DNA from: Candidatus Aenigmatarchaeota archaeon
GTDB lineage: Archaea; Aenigmatarchaeota; Aenigmatarchaeia; PWEA01
NCBI GenBank assembly: GCA_003554845.1
Contig: PWHK01000017.1
Span: 11,242-75,241, forward strand
Direction of reading: 5' to 3'
DNA length: 64,000 nucleotides
Every line of letters begins with the position of its first letter. Position 1 is the stretch's first letter. Under the pieces are notes generated by a model that saw only the letters and a program-made list of their open reading frames with translations, was not told the origin of the DNA and ran no database searches. Positions 47,133 to 56,130 of the stretch are shown piece after piece. Position numbers and translations under genes: made by a program.

Positions 47133-47819
47133 TCATACGTTTCTGATCTTACATTCTTCCACGTACTTTTCTGCTATGTTTCTGAACTCTTCGAGTTTTT
47201 CCCTTTTGAATCCATCGATGTCCATGTAGCCTTTGTCAAGTGTATTTCTTGGTTTGAACTGCTGTATAAAGAACCTTTCTGCCCCTTCGATTCTCGTAGC
47301 TATCTTCTCTATGGCTTGTCCGTCTATTATAGTAGGCACAGCCGTTGTCCTGAACTCATAGGACTCCAGTCCAAGAACGAAGTCTATACTTTCCTCTATC
47401 TTATCTGTGTTTACTTTTATGCCACATGCCCTGTCGTAATCATCGATGGGTGCCTTTACATCCATGGCAACATAGTCGACTAATCTCTTTCTGACGACCT
47501 CCTTGAGTGTTTCTGGTATAGTTCCGTTTGTGTCGATTTTTATATCGTATCCCATTTCCTTTACCCTTCCGAGGAAGTCGAAGAGATCTGACTGTATAAG
47601 AGCTTCGCCTCCTGTTAACGTAACGCCCTCGAGCTGTCCCTTCCTCTTTTCCAGAAATCCAAGTATATCTTCTTCTGGTATCTGTTCTGCTTCTTCTGTG
47701 ACAAGTTGTTTGTTGTGGCAGAAGGGACATCTGAAGTTGCATCCTACAGTAAAGACTATGCAGGATATCTTACCAGGGTAGTCTGTGACAGTGAACTTCT
47801 CAAGTCCACCTATTTTCAT
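47133..47819 (-). CDS. nrdG: Anaerobic ribonucleoside-triphosphate reductase activating protein (radical SAM)
   Basis: TVTDYPGKISCIVFTVGCNFRCPFCHN motif; overlaps nrdD by 4 nt. Confidence 0.9.
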   Translation of the reverse strand: MKIGGLEKFTVTDYPGKISCIVFTVGCNFRCPFCHNKQLVTEEAEQIPEEDILGFLEKRKGQLEGVTLTGGEALIQSDLFDFLGRVKEMGYDIKIDTNGTIPETLKEVVRKRLVDYVAMDVKAPIDDYDRACGIKVNTDKIEESIDFVLGLESYEFRTTAVPTIIDGQAIEKIATRIEGAERFFIQQFKPRNTLDKGYMDIDGFKREKLEEFRNIAEKYVEECKIRNV

Positions 47820-49954
47820 TTTGAGACCTCTTCCTTTGGAATTACTTTTTTGGAGTAGTCGGACCTACTTTCGAACTCTTCCCGTTTTCCGGGGTTCCAC
47901 TGTTCCTTTGGTCTGAGATATCCAACTATCCTTGAGTAAACCTCACATTTTGTTCTCATGCCATCCTTCTTGCATTCAGGACACAGGTCCATTTCTCCCT
48001 TGAGATATCCGTGCGTAGGACATACAGAGAAACTTGGTGTAAGTGTATAGTATGGAAGACTATAGTCCTCGGAGATTTTCTTTACAAGTTTTTTGGTTGC
48101 TTCTATGGAAGGCATCTTCTCACCAAGCCATGAGTGGAATACCGTTCCTCCTGTATACTTGGTCTGTAGAGGTTCCTGGCGGTCCAGTGCTTCAAAAAGA
48201 TCGTCTGTCTCACCGAACGGAAGCTGTGTTGAGTTCGTGTAGATAGGTTCGGAATCTCCCAGTTCGTATGTGTTGTAGACCTTCAGATCAGGGAAGTCCT
48301 TTTTGTCCTTCCTTGCTAGTCTGTAACTTGATCCCTCGGCAGGAGTTGCCTCCAGGTTGAATATCTTACCAGTCTCTTCCTGGAAGTCTGCTATTTTGTT
48401 TCTCATGAACTCAAGTGTTCTCTCTGCGAAGTCGTGGCCTTCTTCTGTTCCAATACTTACATCCTTGAGGTTAAGAGATGCTTCGTTCATTCCCACTAGA
48501 CCTATGGTTGAGAAGTGGTTTTCCCAATGTGTTCCTTGTGATTTCTTTATGTTTCTCAGGTAGAACTTTGAGTATGGGTAGAGCCCCTTTTCTGTGAACT
48601 CCTCGAGCACCTCTCTCTTGAGAACAAGGCTTTCCTTGGCCTTCACCATGAGTTCACCGAGCTGTTCAAAGAACTCCTCCTCATTTTCCGATAGATATGC
48701 TATCCTCGGTAGGTTCATTGTAACTACACCTATGGATCCTGTGAGAGGATTTGAACCAAATAGGCCTCCTCCCCTCTTCTTAAGTTCGCGGTTGTCCAGT
48801 CTTAGTCTGCAGCACATGGATCTTGCATCGTCTGGACTCATATCGGAGTTTACAAAGTTGGAGAAATATGGTATTCCATACTTTGCTGTCATCTTCCAGA
48901 CCGGGTCAAGTGCTTCCTTTTCCCAGTTGAAGTCCTCCGTTATGTTGTATGTTGGTATAGGGAATGTAAAGGGTCTTCCCTTTGCATCTCCATCCATCAT
49001 TACTTCCGCAAAGGCTCTGTTGAGCATATCCATCTCTTTCTGGAACTCTCCGTAGGTCTTTTCCTTTGTTTCGCCTCCTATCACAACAGGCTCGTCCTTT
49101 ATCATATCAGGTACCTCTAGATCCATCGTCAGATTTGTGAATGGAGTCTGGAACCCGACCCTTGTTGGAACGTTCATATTATAGAGAAACTTCTGCATTG
49201 CCTGCTTTACTTCGTCGTAGCTAAGGTCATCGTAGTGTATGAACGGAGCCAGGTATGTATCGAAGTTTGAAACTGCCTGTGCGCCCGCAGCCTCACCCTG
49301 GAGAGTATAGAGGAAGTTCACCAGCTGAAGAAGCGCAACGTCGAAATGGCTCGCAGGTTTGGATTCTATCTTACCTCTTACACCCTTGAAACCTTCTACA
49401 AGAAGGTCCTTCAGATCCCAACCTACACAGTATGGACCCAGTGTCCCGAGATCGTGTATATGGAAAAAACCTTCATTGTGTTTTTTTCTTATCTCAGGAG
49501 GATAGATCTTCTGAAGCCAGTACTTCCTTATTATTTTATCTGTTACATGTACATTGAGTCCCTGGAGAGAGTAACTCATATTGGAGTTCTCCTTTACCCT
49601 CCAGTCGTTTTCCTTTACATAGTTCTCTACAAGGGAAACATTGCTCATGAGTTCATGGAACTTTCTGAGCTCTTCGTGTTGGCTTCTGTAGAGTATGTAA
49701 GCCTTACCAGTCTTGTAGTGACCATTTTCAACAAGGGTCTTCTCTACCTGGTCCTGTACCTGTTCTACAGTCGGTATCTCGTTTTCAGCAAGATCCTTCT
49801 CCAGGCTTTCAATGACCTCATCACAAAGCTTCTTTGAAAGATCCTTGTTTGTACCTCCGACCGCCTGAGCAGCCTCCCATATTGCTTCTGTAATTTTATT
49901 TTTTTCGAATTTTTCTATTGTTCCATCACGTTTTTTGATAGCTTGAAAGCTCAT
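47816..49954 (-). CDS. nrdD: Anaerobic ribonucleoside-triphosphate reductase (class III)
   Basis: N-terminal ATP-cone; C-terminal zinc ribbon CPTHGYLKGEMDLCPEC and glycyl radical motif SRIVGY; 712 aa. Confidence 0.9.
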   Translation of the reverse strand: MSFQAIKKRDGTIEKFEKNKITEAIWEAAQAVGGTNKDLSKKLCDEVIESLEKDLAENEIPTVEQVQDQVEKTLVENGHYKTGKAYILYRSQHEELRKFHELMSNVSLVENYVKENDWRVKENSNMSYSLQGLNVHVTDKIIRKYWLQKIYPPEIRKKHNEGFFHIHDLGTLGPYCVGWDLKDLLVEGFKGVRGKIESKPASHFDVALLQLVNFLYTLQGEAAGAQAVSNFDTYLAPFIHYDDLSYDEVKQAMQKFLYNMNVPTRVGFQTPFTNLTMDLEVPDMIKDEPVVIGGETKEKTYGEFQKEMDMLNRAFAEVMMDGDAKGRPFTFPIPTYNITEDFNWEKEALDPVWKMTAKYGIPYFSNFVNSDMSPDDARSMCCRLRLDNRELKKRGGGLFGSNPLTGSIGVVTMNLPRIAYLSENEEEFFEQLGELMVKAKESLVLKREVLEEFTEKGLYPYSKFYLRNIKKSQGTHWENHFSTIGLVGMNEASLNLKDVSIGTEEGHDFAERTLEFMRNKIADFQEETGKIFNLEATPAEGSSYRLARKDKKDFPDLKVYNTYELGDSEPIYTNSTQLPFGETDDLFEALDRQEPLQTKYTGGTVFHSWLGEKMPSIEATKKLVKKISEDYSLPYYTLTPSFSVCPTHGYLKGEMDLCPECKKDGMRTKCEVYSRIVGYLRPKEQWNPGKREEFESRSDYSKKVIPKEEVSK

Positions 49955-49958
49955 TGGA

Positions 49959-50423
49959 TCACCTTTTTATTGTTTTTATTTCTTTTTCTAGGGTTTCAAG
50001 ATCGAAGTCCTTGTACACAGACGCAAAGCGTATGTATGCTACCTTGTCCAGTTTCTTTAGACCCTCCATAACGAGATTGCCTATCTTTTTGGACTCTATC
50101 TCATTTACACCTCTTCTTCTGATCTTTTTTACAACATTTCTTATAAGTTCCTCTATCTCTTCGTTGCTGACAGGTCTTTTTTCGCATGCCCTCAATATAC
50201 CCATTTTGAGTTTGTCCTGATCGAACTCTTCTCTTATGCCATCCTTCTTGATTACTCTGACAGAGAGTTCAGGCCTTTCATAGGTCGTGAATCTGTGTTC
50301 ACAGTCTTTACACTCCCTCCTTCTTCTTATGGCTGTCGAGTCTGAGATCTCACGGGATTCTAAAACCTTTGTCGACGAAGAACATGTTGGGCATTTCAAA
50401 TTATCAGTCCTTTTTACTATCAA
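49959..50423 (-). CDS. nrdR: Transcriptional repressor NrdR (zinc ribbon + ATP-cone)
   Basis: MIVKRTDNLKCPTCSSSTKVLESREISDSTAIRRRRECKDCEHRFTTYE and an ATP-cone domain; directly upstream of nrdD-nrdG. Confidence 0.85.
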   Translation of the reverse strand: MIVKRTDNLKCPTCSSSTKVLESREISDSTAIRRRRECKDCEHRFTTYERPELSVRVIKKDGIREEFDQDKLKMGILRACEKRPVSNEEIEELIRNVVKKIRRRGVNEIESKKIGNLVMEGLKKLDKVAYIRFASVYKDFDLETLEKEIKTIKR

Positions 50424-50430
50424 CCTGTAA

Positions 50431-50446
50431 CTACTATATGTTGTGT
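50431..50446. promoter_or_regulatory. Candidate NrdR box (ctaCTATATgTTGTGT) between the putative TATA element (cccTATATATggg, ~50463-50476) and the nrdR start
   Basis: 13/16 match to the bacterial NrdR-box consensus acaCwAtATaTwGtgt; positioned to overlap the predicted transcription start. Confidence 0.4.
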
Positions 50447-50566
50447 TGTTTTTTTGTTGAGGCCCTATATATGGGGACTCATGCTAGAGATAGTTCCCCT
50501 TCTATATAAATTTTTTTATAGAGTAAAACATATTTACGGAAATAGGTTTTACTAAAAACAATTCTG

Positions 50567-51340
50567 TTAGTCGTTGGGTCCCTGGAGATCGAAGTCCTTT
50601 CCTTCGAGCTTTTTCCTTATATCTTCAATAGAACTCTCTATGGATTTCTCTGCTTCTCTGAGATCCCTTGCCCTTTTTATTGCTTCGTAGTTGGGAGCTG
50701 ATATGTATTTGAACTCGACGCCACTTTCCTCTTCTACCTCATAGAGAACCTTTTTTATTATATCGATGCCGTTTGGCTCGCGGACCCTTAGACTGAAACG
50801 TTGGCTTGTCTGCTTTTTCTTCTGCTTAATTTTATCTTCGGCGACGTCCTTTAGTTTTTCCGACCACTTTTCGTCGAGACCTCTTTTAACAAGCTCTTCC
50901 TGCCCCTTTCTTATGGCTATTTCAAAGGGATCAAGCATATCTTTGAATCCTTCCTGGAGATCAAACCCTATTTTTTTGTATACCTTATCGAGGGAAATAT
51001 CTTCTCTGTCTGCGAGTTCCTCTAGAAAGTCCTCTCCTCTTTCATCACGTTTCCATGACTGCATTCTCCTGTTTCTTTCTCTGTCGGATACTTCCTTGAG
51101 TGAAAGGTCTATTTGACCCTTCTCCTTTCTTACCTCCTTAACTTTACAGATGATCTTCTTATCTACAGTGACCCAGTCTCTTATATCACGGACCCACTTC
51201 TTTGCAATCTCGGATATATGTATCATTCCTTCTTTGTCGTACTCCTCGAGCTTAACAAAAACAGAATTGGGATTTATTTCCTTTACTGTACCAACGACCA
51301 ACTCCCCTTCAGACGGGAAGTCGCTCCTCCTCCTTACCAT
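50567..51340 (-). CDS. eif2a: Translation initiation factor 2 alpha subunit (aIF2-alpha)
   Basis: N-terminal S1 domain (GELVVGTVKEINPNSVFVKLEEY) and C-terminal alpha-beta domain; 257 aa. Confidence 0.85.
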   Translation of the reverse strand: MVRRRSDFPSEGELVVGTVKEINPNSVFVKLEEYDKEGMIHISEIAKKWVRDIRDWVTVDKKIICKVKEVRKEKGQIDLSLKEVSDRERNRRMQSWKRDERGEDFLEELADREDISLDKVYKKIGFDLQEGFKDMLDPFEIAIRKGQEELVKRGLDEKWSEKLKDVAEDKIKQKKKQTSQRFSLRVREPNGIDIIKKVLYEVEEESGVEFKYISAPNYEAIKRARDLREAEKSIESSIEDIRKKLEGKDFDLQGPND

Positions 51341-51344
51341 TGGA

Positions 51345-51527
51345 TCACCTGAAGACCTCTTCTATCTTGGACTGTATTTTGCCCATTCCGCCTGTGGGTT
51401 CACAAAGAACCGAACCACATTCTATGCACTCTACCTTGCGTGTTGGTTTGTTGAATATTGTCTGTTTATTTTCACAGTTTGAACACGATATCTTCAAAAA
51501 CTTTGAACTGAGTCTGTCTTTATCCAT
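51345..51527 (-). CDS. rps27e: 30S ribosomal protein S27e (C4 zinc finger)
   Basis: FLKISCSNCENKQTIFNKPTRKVECIECGSVLCEPTGGMGKI. Confidence 0.85.
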   Translation of the reverse strand: MDKDRLSSKFLKISCSNCENKQTIFNKPTRKVECIECGSVLCEPTGGMGKIQSKIEEVFR

Positions 51528-51531
51528 GGAA

Positions 51532-51825
51532 TCACCTTTCTATCTCCAGCCTCTTTACGCGGAATCCTCTTCCAATGGTTTGTTCTTTACCGCACTCCTG
51601 GCATTTGTAGCGCAGATCAACTCTCCTGGTAGGCTTTTCGCCGCTTACCTGTTTTGATGACTTGCCGCTGTTACCGTATCCCTTCTTTCTTCTCTTACTT
51701 TTTCTTTCTCCCTTTGAGTGTGCTGAAGGATTTAATCTCGGTCCCTGGCTTTCTCTTCTTACTTTGTGATCGGTGTGTTTATCGCATTTCGGGCAGTATC
51801 TTCTTTGTTTTTCTGGTATTTTCAT
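51532..51825 (-). CDS. rpl44e: 50S ribosomal protein L44e
   Basis: MKIPEKQRRYCPKCDKHTDHKV...KCQECGKEQ zinc-binding L44e. Confidence 0.85.
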   Translation of the reverse strand: MKIPEKQRRYCPKCDKHTDHKVRRESQGPRLNPSAHSKGERKSKRRKKGYGNSGKSSKQVSGEKPTRRVDLRYKCQECGKEQTIGRGFRVKRLEIER

Positions 51826-51931
51826 TGTATCACCTTGAACTGAATTTTGTGCAACTTTGAAACTTTTAAATCTATCGTTTCATTCGAGAGATACTTCTTA
51901 ATGATCTCCCGATGCTTTTAAATATAAACAG

Positions 51932-52615
51932 CTAAACTTCGGATTCCTTTGCCTTGTTTTTCTTTAACAGAAGCTCTGCAACGTCTTCGGGTAGTGTCAC
52001 AAGATCACCCTCTTCTAGTGGTCCGTAGTTGTTGTTGTCGGTTGCGACAAATCTTTCAACATCTTCTGTTATTCTGAGAAGTTTTTTTCCCTTGTCGGAC
52101 TTGACGTCTATCTCCTCAGATCCCAGACTCCTTGTCTCTACTCTGGGTTCTTCCTTCTTCTCTTCCCCTTCTTCCTCGTCTCCTTCTTTTCCCTCCTCTT
52201 CTTTAACGCATTTTTCCTTCTCCTTCTCATCGATCTTCTTACCTTCGAGTACCTTCTCAAGGAGATTTCTCTGAAGTTCACGTAGATTTTCCACTGTTTT
52301 TTCGAAGAACCTCTTTTCCTCTGGAAGCAGATTCTTTGAAACCCTTTTACTTCTTACGGAATGGAGGGCCAGAAGAAGTATCTTCTTCCTCCTTCTTTCA
52401 AATATATCGCTGACTATGTTTTTGACGTTCTCTATTTCCCTTAGAACCGTTGAGTCTCCTGTCTCATCAAATCTTTTCTGCTTTCTGTTTATCCAGTCAA
52501 CACAAGTTTTAAAGAAATTTTCTGGCAGTTCCTGGAGCTTCTCGTTCTTTTTCTCCTTTCTCTGAAACTTTCTGAATGTTTCGAACGTTATAGCGCCGTT
52601 TTCCTCTTCTGCCAT
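51932..52615 (-). CDS. GINS complex subunit (Gins51/Gins15-like) with acidic C-terminal region
   Basis: Alpha-helical N-terminal domain; position upstream of primase and PCNA as in the conserved archaeal gins-priS-pcna cluster; no family-defining motif verified. Confidence 0.45.
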   Translation of the reverse strand: MAEEENGAITFETFRKFQRKEKKNEKLQELPENFFKTCVDWINRKQKRFDETGDSTVLREIENVKNIVSDIFERRRKKILLLALHSVRSKRVSKNLLPEEKRFFEKTVENLRELQRNLLEKVLEGKKIDEKEKEKCVKEEEGKEGDEEEGEEKKEEPRVETRSLGSEEIDVKSDKGKKLLRITEDVERFVATDNNNYGPLEEGDLVTLPEDVAELLLKKNKAKESEV

Positions 52616-52647
52616 ACCTTATCATTTTTTAACAAGGGTTAAATATC

Positions 52648-53910
52648 TTATTTCTTTTTGAACGGGTAAACAACAGGATTTTTTATCTGTATGTTGTCTG
52701 TTCCCTGTTTGCATTTGTCGTCTGGGTCACACACACCAAAGGATTTGTAGTAGAGATCATTGTCGCACGACGGGGATACAAGCTCTCTATTTTGTCTTTT
52801 GAACCATTTCAGCTGTGTGTTTATGTAGTTTTCACCTAGAGGAGGATTGTTTTTGTTGTTCCACTCTTCTAATCTCTCCTCTACACTTTCCCAGTCCCAG
52901 GCCATTCTTCTCAGGAAGGTTATGAGTATAAATACACTCCTCTTTCTTCCATCATCCAGTCCTTCTAGTATGTGTTTTATACAAGGAGGAAACCTTTTCT
53001 CTGGTATAGGATCCTCGGGTTTTATCTCCTTTGTACTGCCCTCGTCTTCTTCTTCCTTCTTCTTTCTCTTACTCATCCAGTTGATTGAATCGACCATAAG
53101 TTCCTTTGCACAGCCCTTCTTGATATTTCCTATGAACTTTCTACCAAGTTCGACGTTTTCAGGCTTTGCATCATCCATTTTGAAACCATCTATTTCGTCT
53201 TTTTCCAGAGGATAGGATACGTGCCAGGTTCCGTCGTGGAGAGAGTAAGGAAGCCTGAATAGATGTCTTTTACCCCAGTACTTTTCCACATCCACAAAGG
53301 CAAAGGGTGTCATTCTGTCTATATGTGAGTCCAGTTCATCGGAAAGCTTGTGGAAGGAACCCTTGAGATCTATAAAGTCCTGGAGAAGATCCCCCTTTAT
53401 TTTTTTTCTTATGAAGGATGCTATAGACTGTGGTATTGCAGGGAACTGTTTGCTTGTCTTCTCAAAGTCGACCTTTTTAGGAAAGGCCTTCCAAGGAACA
53501 ACAACATGGAAACCTCTTCTCCCTGAAAACTTCATGCCATAGCCATCTATTCCATAGTCCTCGAGCAAGTATATTATTTTTTTGAGTGTCATCTTGGCTG
53601 CTTCCAAGCCCATGGCAGAATCTATATCAAGGATAAGATCCCAGCCCTTCCTGAGACGGTCCATGTCCTCTTTTCTCATTTTGGTGTCGAGCTTCATAGG
53701 ATTTTTCCATCTTTCGACAGAACCATGGAATGCGACACAACCCTTCTTTACCAGTCCGAGTAGATCGTTACTGTACTGGAGAACATTGGGCCTTGAAGTA
53801 TATCCGCCACCGGAAAGAGTTCCACTTATTTCTCTGTCCTTTGATATATTCAGTATAGAATCAATTACCTCTTCTCTGCTGTAGTAGTCTATAATCTCCT
53901 TTCTGTTCAT
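52648..53910 (-). CDS. priSL: DNA primase, single-chain fusion of PriS catalytic domain and PriL C-terminal Fe-S domain
   Basis: PriS motifs LILDIDSA, FSGRRGFHVVVP, FRLPYSLHDGT in residues ~90-235; PriL-CTD motifs FPPCIKHILEGLDDGRKRSVFILITFLRRM and Cys cluster SPSCDNDLYYKSFGVCDPDDKC at the C-terminus. Confidence 0.8.
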   Translation of the reverse strand: MNRKEIIDYYSREEVIDSILNISKDREISGTLSGGGYTSRPNVLQYSNDLLGLVKKGCVAFHGSVERWKNPMKLDTKMRKEDMDRLRKGWDLILDIDSAMGLEAAKMTLKKIIYLLEDYGIDGYGMKFSGRRGFHVVVPWKAFPKKVDFEKTSKQFPAIPQSIASFIRKKIKGDLLQDFIDLKGSFHKLSDELDSHIDRMTPFAFVDVEKYWGKRHLFRLPYSLHDGTWHVSYPLEKDEIDGFKMDDAKPENVELGRKFIGNIKKGCAKELMVDSINWMSKRKKKEEEDEGSTKEIKPEDPIPEKRFPPCIKHILEGLDDGRKRSVFILITFLRRMAWDWESVEERLEEWNNKNNPPLGENYINTQLKWFKRQNRELVSPSCDNDLYYKSFGVCDPDDKCKQGTDNIQIKNPVVYPFKKK

Positions 53911-53945
53911 TTAGAGCCCCCAACTATCTGTCCCAGACCCGGTTT

Positions 53946-54698
53946 CTAGTCTTCGACACGGGGAGCGAGAACAAATGAGATCTCTATTATATCCGGTTCC
54001 TCGAACATGAGTTCCATGGGATAGTCGTTGCCTATCTTGAGTGTTGAAACCTCGGATATCTTCGAGGCCTTCAGCATCTTCTTGAGATACTCAAGGGGAT
54101 ATCTGCTCTTCGTCTCTTCTGAGACATCTATCTCTATTAAATCATCCGAATCCTCCTCGGTCCTTGCCTCTACGCTTCCCGAGTCGCTCTCTGCCAGGAG
54201 TGTAAGACTGCCTTCTTCAGCTTTAAAGAGAACAGAGTCTGCTACAATTTCGGCGTCTGCAACTCCCTTACTCAGTACAGAGCTTTTGAGTTTCATCTCT
54301 GCGGTGAAGTCGAGTTGCTTGGTTTCCGGCACCTGACCCGCCGACAGAGACAGAAGTGGAATTTCAAAATCCCTCTTTGTGCCGTCTCCTATGGATATCT
54401 TTAATCTGGACTCGTCCTCCGACAACTCAAGAACAAGACTGTCGTCCTTTTTGGCCCTTTTCAGTACATCAAGAAGCCTCTCAAGATTTATACCTATCTC
54501 GGTTTCTTCGTCGAATTCGAACTCCTCAAAGGCCCCCTTCTTTAGCTCAAAGTCGACAACGGCTACAGTTGCCCTGTCTGCTGCTCTCATTCTCAGAGAA
54601 TCTGATGTTATCTTGAAAAGGCCTTCATGTATAAGATCGGATATAGTATCCACAGAGTTCTTCAATAATGATGGATCGGATAACTTTGCTTTAAACAT
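53946..54698 (-). CDS. pcn: DNA polymerase sliding clamp PCNA
   Basis: 250 aa; MFKAKLSDPSLLKNSVDTISDLIHEGLFKITSDSLRMRAADRATVAVV is a typical archaeal PCNA N-terminus. Confidence 0.9.
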   Translation of the reverse strand: MFKAKLSDPSLLKNSVDTISDLIHEGLFKITSDSLRMRAADRATVAVVDFELKKGAFEEFEFDEETEIGINLERLLDVLKRAKKDDSLVLELSEDESRLKISIGDGTKRDFEIPLLSLSAGQVPETKQLDFTAEMKLKSSVLSKGVADAEIVADSVLFKAEEGSLTLLAESDSGSVEARTEEDSDDLIEIDVSEETKSRYPLEYLKKMLKASKISEVSTLKIGNDYPMELMFEEPDIIEISFVLAPRVED

Positions 54699-54727
54699 TT
54701 CAAAACCTCCTTTACATAATCATCTGG

Positions 54728-56092
54728 TTATTTATATAAGTCTTTTGTCCGGAGTCCTAGGTCCTCGGAGTTTTCCCTGAATACCTTTTCAAGGCCTCTT
54801 CCCCTTTCCTTTACTCTGTACCTAACCCTTACAACCGGGACATCTACATCAACAAGCCCTGAAAGATCCATGGGGGTTCCGGCAATTACAGCATCACACC
54901 TACAACTGTTTATAGTCTTTTCCAGGTCTTCTATCTGTTCTTTGCTGTAGCCCATCGCCGGTACAACCCTTTTTAGGTTGTTGTATCTTTCGAAAACATC
55001 CTTTATAGATCCGAATGCGTCATTCCTCGGATCGACTATCTTTGACGCGTTGTACTTCCGCGCCGCTATTAAACCGGCCCCATATGAAGCTCCTCCATGC
55101 GTAAGTGTCGGTCCGTCTTCCACAACCAGAACATCCTTATTCTCTATCATTTCGGGGTTTTCGACATCTACAGTTGAGTCTGCGTGGATGATTTCTGCAT
55201 CCGGATTGACCTTCTTTGTATTTTCAACTATCCTTTCTATTTCCTCGACCTCTGCGCTGTTTTCCTTGTTTACCACGACGTAGTCTGCTGACCTCAGGTT
55301 CGCCTCACCCGGGTGGAAGCTTAATTCATGTCCGGGCCTGAGTGCGTCTGCCACAACTATGTGGACGTCGGGTTTGAAAAATGGGAGTTCGTTGTTTCCA
55401 CCCTCCCATATTATGATGTCGCATTCTTCCTCGACCTCTTCAAGTATGCTTTTGTAGTCAACTCCTGCATACACAACGTTTCCATTTTCGATATGTTGCT
55501 CGTACTCTTCCCTCTCTTCTACAGTAGTGTTTTCCCTGTCAAGATCTTCCATGGTTTCAAACCTCTGTACCTTCTGCTCATGCAGATCACCATATGGCAT
55601 AGGCTCCCTTACTACAACTACGTCCTTCCCATGGTCCTTTAGTATCTTTACAATCCTTCTCGAAACCTGTGACTTTCCACATCCGGTTCTTACAGCATCT
55701 ACGGCAACGATGGGTTTGTTGGATTCCAGCATCATCTCCCGAGGGCCTATAAATCTGAAGCCTGCGCCTTCTGAAAGAACCCTTGAAGCAGTATGCATCA
55801 CGTCTTCGTGGGATATATCCGAGTACGAGAAAACCACCTGGTCCACATTCTTACTTTCTATTATACTCTCTAGGTCTTCCTCGGATACTATGGGAATACC
55901 ATCGGGGTACAGTTCACCGGCGAGTTCCGGGGGATATACTCTCTCATCTTCCCTTCCTATTTCACCTATATTCTGTGTGGATGTGTGTGTAAATGCAACC
56001 ACTCTGTAGTTTTCGTTTCCTCGGAAGAACGTATTGAAATCGTGGAAATCACGGCCTGCGGCACCCATTATAACTACGTTTTTTCTCTGCAT
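54728..56092 (-). CDS. COG2403-family P-loop protein, cyclic 2,3-diphosphoglycerate synthetase-like
   Basis: 454 aa; N-terminal Rossmann-like VVIMGAAGRDFHDFN; central P-loop AVRTGCGKSQVS; length and architecture fit the cPGS family but identity not verifiable here. Confidence 0.4.
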   Translation of the reverse strand: MQRKNVVIMGAAGRDFHDFNTFFRGNENYRVVAFTHTSTQNIGEIGREDERVYPPELAGELYPDGIPIVSEEDLESIIESKNVDQVVFSYSDISHEDVMHTASRVLSEGAGFRFIGPREMMLESNKPIVAVDAVRTGCGKSQVSRRIVKILKDHGKDVVVVREPMPYGDLHEQKVQRFETMEDLDRENTTVEEREEYEQHIENGNVVYAGVDYKSILEEVEEECDIIIWEGGNNELPFFKPDVHIVVADALRPGHELSFHPGEANLRSADYVVVNKENSAEVEEIERIVENTKKVNPDAEIIHADSTVDVENPEMIENKDVLVVEDGPTLTHGGASYGAGLIAARKYNASKIVDPRNDAFGSIKDVFERYNNLKRVVPAMGYSKEQIEDLEKTINSCRCDAVIAGTPMDLSGLVDVDVPVVRVRYRVKERGRGLEKVFRENSEDLGLRTKDLYK

Positions 56093-56130
56093 AGTAAAGC
56101 TTCAGTCTTCGGTTTTTAAAAATTTTTTCA

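Noticed and set aside
50463-50476. cccTATATATggg considered as a second NrdR box
   Set aside because: Its core is an uninterrupted TATATAT and it sits ~40 nt upstream of the start; more parsimoniously the BRE/TATA element of the nrdR promoter. Centre-to-centre spacing to the first box (~37 nt) is not the usual ~31-32 nt
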